A stretch of DNA of 63,258 nt, counting the filler, from Globobulimina sp. (lineage: Eukaryota), in NCBI GenBank assembly GCA_003354225.1. It is 48 parts of 48 records of this genome, joined end to end, with 100 filler letters (N's around TTAATTAATTAA, not from the genome) between each part and the next. Parts side by side here need not be neighbours in the genome. Positions count along the whole stretch, not along the records: positions 34,336 to 35,555 come from PIVH01020721.1; positions 35,656 to 36,875 come from PIVH01020722.1; positions 36,976 to 38,195 come from PIVH01020723.1; positions 38,296 to 39,515 come from PIVH01020724.1; positions 39,616 to 40,835 come from PIVH01020725.1; positions 40,936 to 42,154 come from PIVH01020726.1; positions 42,255 to 43,473 come from PIVH01020727.1; positions 43,574 to 44,792 come from PIVH01020728.1; 40 more parts are not named here. The stretch is one strand, 5' to 3'. This document shows, piece after piece, positions 34,825-48,849 of the stretch. A program made the translations under genes and the position numbers. The notes beneath the pieces were generated by a model, which saw nothing but the letters and a program-made list of their open reading frames with translations, made no database searches and was not told the DNA's origin. Within the stretch, counting starts at the first letter, position 1. Each line of letters opens with the position of its first letter.

Positions 34825-35555
34825 ATGTCGCAGTCTGCAAATTTGTGGCCAAAGGGAGACAATAAAGATCTCATTATCGCAGTCGCCAATTATTTGCAAA
34901 CTTTATTAAATGAAAACCAATCATTAGATGAGGTCTCCGTAGATTCATTACAAGTGGCAACCGAATCATTGCAAACCATAATATGTCCAGACGATGATTC
35001 CTTGCCACCGGCACCATTTACCTTAACCCAATTATATGAATTATACTCACCTCCTCCTCCTTATTCTGCTCCTACTGACAATCAAGAAGAGGAAAAAAAA
35101 CAAGCATTGCCATTACCAGCAAACATTGAAAAACGAAGAGAGAAATTTATAGAATTTATCCAAGTCTTAAAAAAACACGGTTTCTTCAAAGGTTGCTCTG
35201 AGGGATCCAAGGGTTACGTGACACGAATGGAGAAAGCTCGCATTCAATACAACTCTCGCTTTGCTAACATGTCGATTGACTCCTTGCAATGGCTACAATT
35301 AACCACAGCAACGCCGCCGCAGCCGCAAGCAAAGCAGCCCATGGATATGGACGATGTTCCCAGCGATGTGATTGTCGATATCAAAATGGCGGAGTCGCTA
35401 AAAGGAGAAGGAAATAAATTATTAGGTCAGAAAAGCTATAAACAGGCCGTTGATAAATACAGCCAAGCAATCAAATATAATCCACAAAATGCAGTGTATT
35501 ATTCCAACAGAGCTGCGGCGTATACGTATCTAAGGAATTATACACAGGCTGTCGA
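34825..35555 (+). CDS. SGTA/Sgt2-like TPR co-chaperone, 3' partial
   Basis: N-terminal dimerisation motif (DSLQVATESL) and AESLKGEGNK...YSQAI..NPQNAVYYSNRAAAY. Confidence 0.85.
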
Positions 35556-35655
35556 NNNNNNNNNNNNNNNNNNNNNNNNNNNNNNNNNNNNNNNNNNNNT
35601 TAATTAATTAANNNNNNNNNNNNNNNNNNNNNNNNNNNNNNNNNNNNNNNNNNNN

Positions 35656-36820
35656 ATCCGAGTATTCGATAGAAAGAGAATCATTGTCTCGATTGCATTG
35701 CAATGAGATGGACAGAAAAGAAAAAGAAATGCGTGAATTTAAAGAGAGTATCGGTCGGCAACAGGAGCGATTGCATAAATTAATGGAGACAAAGAAACAA
35801 AATGAGATTGAAAATAACAAATTAAAGCACCATGTCAGAAATTTAAAACATGATTTAAGTGTAAATAATGGCGATATATTAAGATTAAGTCAAGAATTAA
35901 AAATTTTGAGTGTAAATGAGAATGAATTGAAAGAAAAGAAAAATATAAAAGAAAAACGTTATAATAACTTGCAAAATAAATATGATAATTTAGTTAATGA
36001 TTTATCAGTAATTACATCACAAAGAGATGAATATAAAAATGAAATAAATCAAATAAAACATAGACTCAATGAAATGGAAATGGATAAAAATACATTTATG
36101 ATAAAGTCTGAAACTTTGTTGGAAATGAAAGAAACATTAAAATCTGAATTACAAAATATGAGAAAAAATAGTATTTCTGTCGAGCAATACAATAAAGAAT
36201 CGGAAAAATCTAAAAAGTTAACATTTGAATTAAATGAATGCTATACAAAAATTGAAAAACTATCATTATCATTGGATTCAACAAAGTGTGATTTAAACAA
36301 ATTGTCATCACAAAGCATACCAATTAATGCATATGAACATTTATCACATAATTTGAAGAAAATAGAGGATGAAAATATGACGTTGAATAAAAAAATCAAT
36401 CACTTAAACGAAAACAATGATAATTTGCAGGATGCAATGCATGAAATTAATTCAACAGTAAGTAGCTACAAAGCCGCACACAAAATGTTGAATCAACAAT
36501 CATATTCATTGAGGAATACAATAAATCATTTAACTCAAAGAAATGACCAATTAAATGAAGAAAAAATTAGTTTTAAGAAAAAATATAAACAAATTAAAAA
36601 AAATTTGGATTCATTGAGTAAAAAGACAGAAATTAATCAAGATTTGATTCGATCAAATAAATTCTTACGGAATGAATTGGGCAAATTGGTGAATCAAAAT
36701 CCAATGCGGTTATCGCGTGAATGTGCCAATTCGAGATGTAACACATTAAAAGGAAAAGGAACGTATTTAAAGATACACCCAAAGACTTTAACCGCGTTGA
36801 AAAAAGCATGCAATTTGTAA
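35656..36820 (+). CDS. Long coiled-coil protein, 5' partial
   Basis: Continuous K/E/N/L heptad-rich ORF. Confidence 0.65.
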
Positions 36821-37304
36821 ACTGTCGTCGATATTTTGCATTGGGTTTGCAAAGTAAATGCAAACTGTACATTTANNNNNNNNNNNNNNNNNNNNNNNNN
36901 NNNNNNNNNNNNNNNNNNNTTAATTAATTAANNNNNNNNNNNNNNNNNNNNNNNNNNNNNNNNNNNNNNNNNNNNCCCATAGTTTACTCGTTGGTTCGAT
37001 TAAAAGTTTGATTCTGTTGAATGTAGTTGTGGTATTCTAGTATTTTGGTATAATGATATTTAATTGTCGGTACATTTCTATTTAATTGTCTGTATTATTC
37101 AATTATGATTATAATATTATAGAAACAGCTGTCTTGTAAGTGGATATAGTAAAATCCAATTTTTTACAGGCAAGGATCATGTTGTATTTTTTTGAAGGCA
37201 TAAATACAACATGATAGTTGGATGTCTGCAAAAAATACAAATTAAAAGTTTTTTCAAAATCAAAATGTTTTTTTACAATAATGTTTTTTGGAAAACCTTC
37301 AACA

Positions 37305-38195
37305 ATGTCTTATATGTTACCAGATCGAGATATGCCAATTGCAGAAGCAAATTACATGTCTTTGTACGGCGCAACCCATCACCCGTCACTATGGTCCATT
37401 GAAGCAGCAGCAGAAGAGGCACAAGCACTTTCCATGTATAACTTAAATACGCATGACACACTCCGAGGAACATCATTAGACTCAATTGCAAATTGTACTT
37501 CTACAGCAGAGAAAACGTCGGGGTCGATACAAGACGGTGAGACAGATGCGACTGTCACTATGATCACGCATCAATCAGTGGACGAAGCATTATTTGAATT
37601 GAAATACCGGCATAAAAAGGGCGTCATGGATGGAAGCAATGTAAGCTTTGGCAAATCACCAATATACTCAGCAATATTTAACATGTTAGCGGGATGCGGT
37701 GTGGTTGGACTACCAGTCACATATAAAAATGGTGGATTGTTTGCCGGTGTCACTATGATGATTTGTGTCGCAGTCTTATCAGTTTTTACATTACGATTAC
37801 AAATCCAAACAGGAAAAAAGGTAAACTGTCAAGATTACGAACGTTTAGTCTCGAAATGTTTTGTTATCTGGGGATATTATTTGATTTCATTCAATATCTT
37901 AATATTTGATATTGGCGCATGTTTAACGTATACAATAATATTAGGCGACTCTGCACGCGATGTCATGGACTATTTACTGGGTGGATTTTGGGGCAGCTTT
38001 GAAAGCCGACAAATCCTTATTTTCGCCATATATATCTGCTTGATATTGCCCTGTTGCTTGGGCAAAAACTTTGAATTTATCGAGAAAGTCAGCGCTTTGG
38101 CCATCATGGTGGTAATCTTAATGACTATAGTGGTGATACAGGAATATTACCAAACCTATCAATATGACAATATCGACATAAATCCGAGCTATTAT
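37305..38195 (+). CDS. SLC38/AAAP-family amino-acid transporter, 3' partial
   Basis: SAIFNML..GCGVVGLP...GGLFAG; DYERLV..CF...GY; GACLTYTIILGD. Confidence 0.88.
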
Positions 38196-38295
38196 NNNNN
38201 NNNNNNNNNNNNNNNNNNNNNNNNNNNNNNNNNNNNNNNTTAATTAATTAANNNNNNNNNNNNNNNNNNNNNNNNNNNNNNNNNNNNNNNNNNNN

Positions 38296-39515
38296 CTTCG
38301 AATAATATCCCCCTCTCCGACGCTGAAATGTATTCCTTCGATGAAGAGCCACAAACAGATACAAATAATAATAATATTCAGAAGCCTCGCAAACCTCAAC
38401 CAATCCAAAGATTACATTCAGTCCAAATTGCCCCCAAAATGCCAAAATTCGTCAAAACAAGAAGCAAAGCGGCGGAATCGTTTCATGTCAATATCCAAAA
38501 TGATAAATTACAGAAATCTGCCAATCAAAACAATAAAACGCATATATTACCATTCAAAAATAAAAGACAAAAGAGAAAGGAAAAAACCCCAAGAAAAAGA
38601 TCCTCCAAAATTCCAGTAAAACGCCAACAAAGTAAATGATTAAAAAGTATCCTATTATTAACCAGCAATTTGCAACCAGTCAAGATCCGATTTGTAGTAT
38701 ATATAATAATTTATTCTCTTCCTCTTTAATTATTTTGTTAAGTTTCTTAGTTAATTACTTAATTTTGTATATACTGTGCTTCTTCTTTTTTTATGTGATT
38801 GATAATAATAAAGCCAGAGACCATTTTATTTTTACGGATTTACAATATGAAATTTCATTTCATTGTAATCCGATTACAATAATAAAATACTCTACTTTCC
38901 CCTTTGTTTTTTCTTTTAAGCCCCCCAAAATTCTGTTTAGTATAATAATTCAATTACAAATTTGTCGCTATTATGGCACTGCAAATAAATATAAAAGTCC
39001 TATACAAACCAAACAAAAACTCTTTTATTTAAGTCTCAAAACCAAAAACAAAAAATGGTAAAGTATAATATCTTGCAATATAATGTAAATGGGATTATCC
39101 ACCCAACAAATATGTCGCAAGAAGATAAATGTCGTAAAATTAATCAGATTCTCATTGCACGCCAAGTTGACTTTCTTCTGCTCCAAGAATGGAGTGCAAC
39201 ATTAAGATATGCAATAACTCCGAATGACTCCCAATATGTAGATAGTAACAATAAATCCCATACCATCCATTTCCCCATTCAATTTTTCCCCAAATACAAA
39301 GTACATTACACTGGCACAGAAACAGCAGTGCTGTACAGAAACACATTAACAGTGACTCCCCTCAATATGCCTCCAAATTACAACCATAATATCCGCACAA
39401 GAAACTGCCATATTACCAGTATAATCCTACACAGTGGGGACCAGGATATAGGCATTCATTCACTTTATAACTGCCCTAGGAACCCAAATATTGATCAGCT
39501 TTTTGATTATCCAAT
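38296..39515 (+). mobile_element. Non-LTR (LINE-like) retrotransposon fragment: possible ORF1 end (to 38639) and ORF2 APE-type endonuclease from 39055
   Basis: ILQYNVNG, DFLLLQE, TAVLYR and SLYNCP motifs of the EEP endonuclease. Confidence 0.7.
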
Positions 39516-39615
39516 NNNNNNNNNNNNNNNNNNNNNNNNNNNNNNNNNNNNNNNNNNNNTTAATTAATTAANNNNNNNNNNNNNNNNNNNNNNNNNNNNN
39601 NNNNNNNNNNNNNNN

Positions 39616-40835
39616 TGGTCTTTACCCACTTGAAACTCCGAAAAACCTAAATGAGTTTGCTGCGCTGTGGCCGCTTCTTCGTCGTGTTGCTGATCCGTAA
39701 TTTGTTTCTCCTTTTGTTGATACGCATGGATCTCTGAAATAAATTGCTTCCGTTTACTTTCATACAATTCCAACTCTTGAATCACATTCAGCCGACTCGG
39801 GAGATACATGCGATGGATATATTTATACAAAACCTCCGGCGCTAAGCTCAATATCGTGGCCAAAACAATAATAAACCAAAATTGCGGCGTTGACATCATT
39901 GCCGCAGGCACCCCAAATATATCTTGATTGGACAGCCCCCATTCTAACGGCAAGGCGGCATAAACGAGCAACCACAAAAACCACAAAAACAAAGACAACT
40001 CAAAGGCCAAAATGCTCCAATTGGTCCACGTGCGCGTCTCAAGCATCATTTTAAGAGTGGCGATCATCACAATGCTGGTGAACATGGTCGTGTTCGTGGT
40101 CCAAAAGCCGACAATCTGACCATTGCCAGACAACGCCGCCGAATCCATAAACGCCACGGCGGTGAAAAACACAATGATGGAATGGAACATTCCCTCCGCG
40201 AAATAAATGGTGAATATTTTCAAATTGAACGAAGCATTGGCCGGTCCATTCTCATATAATTCCGGGCAAAGTTTGGCAATCTCCTTCGAATACGGTCGGT
40301 CGAACACGGCGCCCAACAAAACCGGCAAAGCGGTGAAGAATAAGTTGTACAATGAACCGCTAAATTGGTCGTAAAACAGCGTGCCGCTGAAACCACAATA
40401 AAAGCTGAACCAGATCTGTGTCATGGAAAACATAATATTCTTATAAAACGAATACAAAATCAACACACTGATCCTGCGATAGTCCCAGGCGCCGTGCACC
40501 AGCAACAACGGCGTCAGAAAGCGGAACTGCGCAATGGAATAATCGGAGGCCATCACGGCTTGCAAGCCCTCCTGCCCTGATATGCCAATCCCAACGTGAG
40601 CCGCCCGGATCATCGGCACGTCATTGGCGCCGTCGCCAATGGCCAACGTGATCACGTCGGCCATATTGATTTTGACCAAGCCCACCATCTGAGCCTTTTG
40701 GATCGGCGACACGCGGCAACAGAGCACGCTGCGGCATTTTTGTAATATTAATAAGATCTGTTGCTGGAATTTGGCCTCTTTCAACCTCTCCTCGTCGGTG
40801 GGAGGGATTTCGCGGCCGCGACTGTCATGTTTACG
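39616..40835 (-). CDS. P4-type phospholipid-transporting ATPase, C-terminal part
   Basis: CCRVSPIQKA, LAIGDGANDVPMI, GISGQEGLQA, LLVHGAWDYRR, YSFYKN. Confidence 0.96.
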
Positions 40836-42819
40836 NNNNNNNNNNNNNNNNNNNNNNNNNNNNNNNNNNNNNNNNNNNNTTAATTAATTAANNNNNNNNN
40901 NNNNNNNNNNNNNNNNNNNNNNNNNNNNNNNNNNNCTGAAATAATTTTGAAATCAATCTGTTTGAACATAATTATAATGTCGTAATGAAAACAGCTCAAA
41001 AAACTTTAAAGTGGAACTTAACAAATCTGAATGATATAAATAATAAACGCCACACCATTCCGAAATGACAAATTGAATGCACCCACATGACCCATCAGTC
41101 GTTACCTGGATAATATCGAATAACGAGTCGGTGAGCAATCTGCCAAATTGAGAAACTGTCGCAAACGTTGCTGGCAACCTGCCCAATTTACGCAAAAATA
41201 AAATGATCCATACGGAGGCAAATGAAGATAATGCTGCATTGGATATCATCCGCAGTTCAACAGAAATGAAACGAACAATTAAATTTATTCCATACATCAA
41301 ACCAATCAGAAGATACGCAATATTTCGTGAGTTGGCAGTGCAAAATGCCAAAGCTCTAAACTCCAATAACAATAATTTTGTGCTACCTGTTTTTGCATGA
41401 AATAAATGAAGAAAATAAGAAATAACCTCGATTAGTTTATGAATCGTTGTTTTTGTCAATAATTTTGTCATCTTTGTATTTTATTTCTTTTCGAGATTAA
41501 ATATCTGTTAACATAAAAGGTCAATAATTATAGAACATTTTTGCCAAAAAAAACAATTTTATTTAACGATTATGAATCGGAATTGCAGCTACATTATAAA
41601 TTCGATATTCACGCACTCAGAAACTTAAAATAAGTGCATAACAATAATAAGTCAGTGTATCTTTCTGCACTTATTTGTCTATCCAAATGCAAATTAATTA
41701 AAACATTCACAACGAAAGCTTTATGTCGGCAGCATCTTCATCATATAAGCTACTCTGACTAATGACATTAGCTTTTTACTTTTATCGCTAGTTTCAAATA
41801 CAAACGACACGATGCTGATATTTGACCTTCGTCATGTAATGATTTCCATATTACGTATGCGAGAATCCGCGAGCATTTCCTCTGAAGAACGGCAATTGTG
41901 AAAATTAATAATTGTAACATTTCCAGTGACTTAAATATATCCCAAAACCTAATCCCCTGCCACTGGGCTATAAGTTGTATCCTCATGTCCTGATTATCAT
42001 GAATTTCGTAAAAATCGCTGGAAGCTGTATATTTGTCAGTTTTTATACAATAATATGATATTCTTAAAATTAAGACAATCCTTATAAGATGGTTTCAAGT
42101 GCATCACATTTCATAGCCTTGTTTTTCAACAAACCAAAGCCCGGAAATGCGTAANNNNNNNNNNNNNNNNNNNNNNNNNNNNNNNNNNNNNNNNNNNNTT
42201 AATTAATTAANNNNNNNNNNNNNNNNNNNNNNNNNNNNNNNNNNNNNNNNNNNNGATCGCAATCGCACAAACCACAATATTTATAGGTGCATAATCTTTG
42301 TACTTCAAAGGTTGAGGCTGTGTTCTCTTACATAACGGACTTACGCATGATACCGGATTTACGCAGCCATACCCGACTTAATTCTGTATATTGACAAAAA
42401 TATGGTCACAATCAAAAACGTTTTTGAGACAAGAAAAAAACAAAGTGACCTGAATGGCATCCTGAATCCTGTCCACACCAAATACATCCAAATCCTGTAC
42501 AATTTTGACAATGCGTGATTCCAGCACAGAAAGGCATTCTGTATACGAGAGTAATGAGACTGTTTGAGATGAATAACTAAATCACAAATTATGAGTTGAT
42601 CGTGAATTACGAATGACTCCATCGCTTAAAACATTAAAACGAAAAATTCATATAAAAATAGGCCAAAAACCAAAAAAAAATGACACAATCAAGCGTATAA
42701 TGTTAAATATCAACTTATTACACGTCCTTACAATTGCAAGTTTGTATTAAAACAATATTTTTGTGGATTGAAAGATATAGTTTCTGCATGATTTTGGTTG
42801 ATAATTTATCGAGAAATAA

Positions 42820-43370
42820 ATAATTAATTTAATCCATCCGTATATGTGCCAGCAGGCGCAATATCATCCGATGCTTTCTTTTTCCATTTTGGTCCTTGCC
42901 GTGGGATATGAATTAATATCTATTTCGTGCACATAATTAATATGCGAATTTGCGGGGTTTCATTCATTTCAACGCACATAAATAGACAACGTAACTCGTT
43001 CACCGTCAATCTTACAAATTGTGCCCGTGGTCCAGAATGTTTCTGAATGGTCGTCGGTGATTCTAATATCTAACTGATGCCCTCGTTGGAAGTCAGTAAT
43101 GCGTGGAATATGGGGCGTGTCGTCAATGATATTATTCGCTTCATCGTCTTTCTGCTCAGGATTCATAAATTCATCTGCATTTTGGGGATGATTGGGCGGC
43201 GCTCCTTTCTCGACGGCCGCTGCTCCGTTATTATTATAATAATAGTTATTGTTGATGTTTCTCTTCCTTTTCCCTAAAACTGATTGGCCTTTCGGTGGTA
43301 ATGTGTCATCGTCGTCCATTGCATTGGGATCGATTCTTTGTCTCTTGGACGGAGGCGGTTGATCGTTCAT
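42820..43370 (-). CDS. Protein with Tudor/Agenet-like beta-barrel, multi-exon, partial
   Basis: FQRGHQLDIR...WTTGTICKIDGER, spliced to ILIHIP...DIAPAGTYT. Confidence 0.45.
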
Positions 43371-44084
43371 TGTATTTTCTATATATATATCTATACAACA
43401 CCGGCCGAACGGATGCGAGATTATTTTATTTTACCAGAAGAAATAAAAAAAGTTTTTTTTTTTTAAGTCAGGTNNNNNNNNNNNNNNNNNNNNNNNNNNN
43501 NNNNNNNNNNNNNNNNNTTAATTAATTAANNNNNNNNNNNNNNNNNNNNNNNNNNNNNNNNNNNNNNNNNNNNTTGGCATTTTGATCAGACTGTTCAATT
43601 TGGTGCAGCATGCTGGTAAGCAACATGTTAAACATGTTGTTCAACATGCTGGCATACTGCTGGCATATTAGATTTGGTGCAGCCAGCTCTTAGACAACAT
43701 GTTGAACATGTTACTCAAATGTTCAACCCACAATTTTAAAACCCCTGAGAAAGTGTCCACACTCTTTCTTAAATACCGGGATTGTTTTTCTTTAAATTGT
43801 TGTACTGTTTGCGGTGAGGATTGTTTTTCTTTTAATTGTGTTTCTGTGTCATATATAATTATATTCATGAATAGCAGTGCAAACCTACGGACGTATAAAT
43901 ACAACATCATGAATTTAAACGTAATTACAAATGCAAATAACAATTAATCTTTTTAAGTTTTAATAGATATATCGCGTACTTAGTATACCCATTCGTTCAA
44001 TGCACCGCGTTGATCCAATTAGTTACATTGGAGTGACTTCCATATATCACCAACTTACCAACATTCGATTATGAACAACGGATT

Positions 44085-44792
44085 ATGAGTAATACTACAC
44101 AGATAATAAGAATGATGTTTGCAATATTATGCTTTTTTGCATTTCGAGTAGTCTCCAGTGGGAAAACTCGACCTATTCATCTTCTCGACAACCTCGCCCT
44201 CTTCTATCCCGACCCAAACATGCTGACTCATGCCATGACCCTAATAATCACAGTGCATCCTCATTTGGGAAGATCGAAACACGTTTTACAAAGTGGAAAA
44301 ACACACTCTGGAACTCCTATGGTGGATTTCCTTTATCTGAATGCAGATGCATCTGGAAAGAATAAAGTAGAAAGATTAAGATTTACCAAAGATACGCATG
44401 TCATCCCTATGCTAATCGGAGAAAATGAAGTCATTCACATCACTGATTTAGTACAGATTAATTATAATAGCTATTTGTTACCTGCGAATCCAGAAAAAAT
44501 ATTTATCACTTTACACAATATTGAACATCCATCGTACGAGCAAGTTACTGAGATATTATGTGCTGCGGTTAGCTCTGTAAAACACACAACTTATTCTGCA
44601 GAGTCCGCATTCCTGCACTTGAGAGTGCAAACGGGCATGTTGGATATTGCAGAAAAAGCCGATTATTTTTGGTTTCTCGCTGGAATGAAGTTATGTAAAC
44701 TGAGTGTTGAAAATACAGCGTTGGAAATCCGTGAAATTCCAGCGCAGATCAGTACGTTGCTAAGATATGTAGAGGGTTGCTATAAAAACCAG
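44085..44792 (+). CDS. Hypothetical protein with signal-peptide-like start, 3' partial
   Basis: ATG ORF with hydrophobic N-terminus; no family recognised. Confidence 0.45.
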
Positions 44793-44908
44793 NNNNNNNN
44801 NNNNNNNNNNNNNNNNNNNNNNNNNNNNNNNNNNNNTTAATTAATTAANNNNNNNNNNNNNNNNNNNNNNNNNNNNNNNNNNNNNNNNNNNNGTTGAAAG
44901 AAGGAACT

Positions 44909-46111
44909 ATGGATAAATAGGCTCAATTTTAGCACAACAAACAATCATAAATTAGTACATGTTCATATATTTCATCGTCATGGTGATCGTACACCGTGGG
45001 CACCAATCCTGACTACCGAAAAAGAAATAAATTTTTGGAAATCTAAAATACCACAACATTATTACCCAAAATCTGCATGGAACATCACTCCTAAACAAAC
45101 ATCAGAAATAGCAACATGGAAAGATGTTGCTTCAAAATTAAAAACAATTAAACTGGCATACAAACATAATAATTGGAACAGTTAATATCTGTCTATTAAC
45201 AATACGCAAACATCTACAAATGTAATAAAACAACAACAGTATCATCACCAACAATATTTACATCATCAGACACAATGGATTATAGCGAATGGTCTCATTT
45301 AAGAACATATGACAGTTTTAGTGAAGCATATTTAGGCCAATTAACAGAAACTGGATGCAAACAATTACAATCTGTTGGTAAGCTACTACGAAAACACTAT
45401 ATTGATAATTTAAGCTATTTACCACCAATTTATGACGAAAACGTTTCTGGTTTACATTATAACAGCACAAATATGAAAAGAACCATTCATTCGTCTGATA
45501 ATTTACTCTCTCAATTGTGTATGTTTTTTTTGTTGTTTTATAATTCCAAACTCAATAAAAACAACAACAAAAACCAGATCCAATGGAAAATCGGAAAAAT
45601 AATGCATTAATTCCGTTATTTGTGGATCATCGGAAATATACGTTTTTAAATCCGAGTACAATGAGACGTGTTTGTCCAAAATTAAATATTCTCGGACATA
45701 ATAATTTGAATAAAACTATAAATTCATTTGATGCGCGATTTAATGAGTTAATACACAAAGTTTTAAGTTATTATGGTGTGAAAGAAGAAGAGCTACGGCA
45801 TTCAGGATATGACGTTGCGTTTGATTCACTTTATTGTAAAATAGCACATAAAATGGATGATGTTGTAGCGGGTTTCAGTGAGGATGATTTGTTGCAATTT
45901 TGTAAATTTATGAGCCAAATACATTGCGGAATGATGAATTTCGATCGGGAATCATTGAGATTATCGTGGGGGAATATTGTGTATAAAATGATGGAATTAA
46001 TGAAAGGACATGAAGGGAAATTTATTATTTCATCATGCCATGACAATTCATTGCTAGCTGTATTGTGTAGCATTTATGGCGATAAATGGAAGGAGATGGA
46101 TTTGGTATGGC
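44909..46111 (+). CDS. Histidine acid phosphatase (branch 2); introns ~45181-45239 and 45518-45577
   Basis: RHGDRTP, GQLTETG..Q...G..LRKHY, STNMKRT and SCHD motifs. Confidence 0.92.
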
Positions 46112-46469
46112 NNNNNNNNNNNNNNNNNNNNNNNNNNNNNNNNNNNNNNNNNNNNTTAATTAATTAANNNNNNNNNNNNNNNNNNNNNNNNNNNNNNNNN
46201 NNNNNNNNNNNGATTTATTGCCAATTTTAGGCTTTTCTTTATAATCTGCAGACAGTATGCATTGCCATTTTTTTACATTGTCTATAATGTAATTATAGTC
46301 TTTCTCAGCAGTTGTGTACACCTTAAAATGTCCCAAATATATCTTAAAGTAAGTAATTTCATTGGATGATATTTGTTTTATTTATTTTTTTATTTTTATC
46401 ATGCCATGCCATTTTTATTATTGATAAACAAGTCGATGTACAAGGGAAACATTATATTTTTATAACTAG

Positions 46470-47170
46470 TTATAAATCAAAGCAAACAAACAGAGTACAA
46501 TTCAAAAAGGTAACGTTTTTACGAAAAGAGCCACTTCTTCCTGAACAAAAACTTACCAACAATCTATATTTTCCACCACCATCAATATCAAAAGCTTTTC
46601 CATAATCACAATCATTGATGATGAATGATAATGTATTATTATACATATTTAAAATAACTGAAATCGTATCACCTGGTTTGCCAAATTGCTCTCCATATTC
46701 TTTCCAACTCATAGTATCTGACCGTAAATTTGCTCTCGTTCCGAGAAAAGTATATATTCCTTTTGCATCTCCGAGATAATGCGATGCGGATAAATCAATA
46801 TTTTTAATATTAATGATTCCAATCTGTAGTCCTTCTCCCATTGCTCCAACATGTTTATCATCAATACCTACAGATTTTATGTTCCATTCATATTTTCCAC
46901 ATTTTTCACAAATGGTCTTGCCATACATTGTTCGCATAGTACAAAATGAGTAATCTCCATGCATTTCGCCAATGGTCCATGCATTTCGCCAATGGTACAC
47001 GTATTGTCATCGGACAAGACAATATCTTTACGTTTCAAATTTAAATCCCATTCACCATACCAAATATAATAAGATGAGACTAAAGAAGCAATGGATGAAG
47101 GAATTAAAATATGTTTATATTTCTTTTGAACCCAACGACAAAAACCAGATATTATCGGATCAACAGACAT
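46470..47170 (-). pseudogene. SPRY-like protein frameshifted by a 20-nt tandem duplication
   Basis: CCATGCATTTCGCCAATGGT at 46957-46976 and 46977-46996; removing one copy fuses ORFs 46877..47170 and 46470..47000. Confidence 0.75.
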
Positions 47171-48460
47171 CTTACTTTCTTCTGTTGTTCATTTTACCTT
47201 TAGGCGACTATTTAGGCCTTAGTTCATTTTTCCAAAACGAAGTGTTTCTAACACGTCCTATTCTAAAGTATATAATTGACTATGCCCAACTAAGTGATTT
47301 TCGAGACCGTTACATTTCATGTCTCCAATGCCTACACTTGTCTTTTAGATTGGCGATCCTAAATATGATTTTTACGAGGGAATTTCGTATAAAAGTATCT
47401 ACGACGAATCAAAAATCATATTTAGGACAANNNNNNNNNNNNNNNNNNNNNNNNNNNNNNNNNNNNNNNNNNNNTTAATTAATTAANNNNNNNNNNNNNN
47501 NNNNNNNNNNNNNNNNNNNNNNNNNNNNNNCAATTCGCAAACTTATGGATGACAAAGAAAAACTAAGTCTCGAGGAATCAAAGTACGAATTGATATTTGA
47601 ACAACTGATAGCAAACAGTGCAAACAATACACATACATGAGTTTGTTGGATCAAATCATAATCGATCAAAGAAAAAGAAAATGTGAGGAAATCTCGGATA
47701 ATGATAATTCAGAAACAAAAATTCCAATACGAATGTTGAAATATATATATCGATCTTATTATATAATAAAAATAGCACGAGATTATAGATATCGATCTTC
47801 CAAAAGGATTCATGTTAATATAAATGTCTAGCCACTTAACAAAAGTATTGCACTGCGCATATGCATGACTCTTTCCACAGAAACGGTACGATTTTGTGAC
47901 GTGTCTGCTGGCTATGATTTTGTTTGTGTTGACTCACTTGACTGTGTTCAGTGTTCGTTCCGGAAAGAGCCATATGCATTAATTAATTAATTGACATATT
48001 TTCAATCTATTCAGAATTACAACATCAGCCAGTGCTTCCACAAAACTTTATCGATCGTTTTTACCGACATAGCGACATCACTCTGAAATCTGAATGTCAT
48101 TCAGAACACGAACATAAAAAAAAATAGAAACAAGATTCCATGCAGGGACACATTAAGATCGAATGTAAAAGCAATCTAAACATTGCATTATATATGATAT
48201 GATATACTTGTAATAAAATAAAATTAAAATTAAAATATAGTACGTATCTAATCTGCACAAATTAATACAAATATATTGTCAGACACTGTTTCTACAAAGT
48301 CAGCGAATATTAATGCAGACTTTACAACAGAAAACAAAAAAAATAAACGTTAGAAACAATCAAAATAACTGAAACGAATTTATCTGACAACATTCAAAAA
48401 TAAACATGTAAATTTTTATATACCAAATATAAGAGAAAACAAACACATTTAGCCTGTAAT

Positions 48461-48749
48461 TTATTTTATGTTCATATTTTGTTTTTGCACAGATTGATTG
48501 AATCGATGTATTAAAAAATTCCAATTGTTACTCCAAGTTATTTTTTGTGCACTCGAATTAATTTCATCATAAACTTTTCTAATTTGTTTAACAAATTTAG
48601 GATAACAATTTAATCGGATTAACTTTATGACGTCATACGTTATATTATCATATGTATTATCATCATATTTATTTTGTTTCTCTTTCAAACGCTTTGCAAA
48701 CTCCATTTTTCTGTCATAACTTAAATTTATTTCTCTTTCTGAATCTTTA
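48461..48749 (-). CDS. Possible RGS-domain C-terminus, 5' partial
   Basis: YDVIKLIRLNCYPKFVK resembles the RGS terminal helix motif. Confidence 0.35.
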
Positions 48750-48849
48750 NNNNNNNNNNNNNNNNNNNNNNNNNNNNNNNNNNNNNNNNNNNNTTAATTA
48801 ATTAANNNNNNNNNNNNNNNNNNNNNNNNNNNNNNNNNNNNNNNNNNNN

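Noticed and set aside
40936-42154. Short ORFs in this contig
   Set aside because: No motifs, multiple stops, no convincing splice model.
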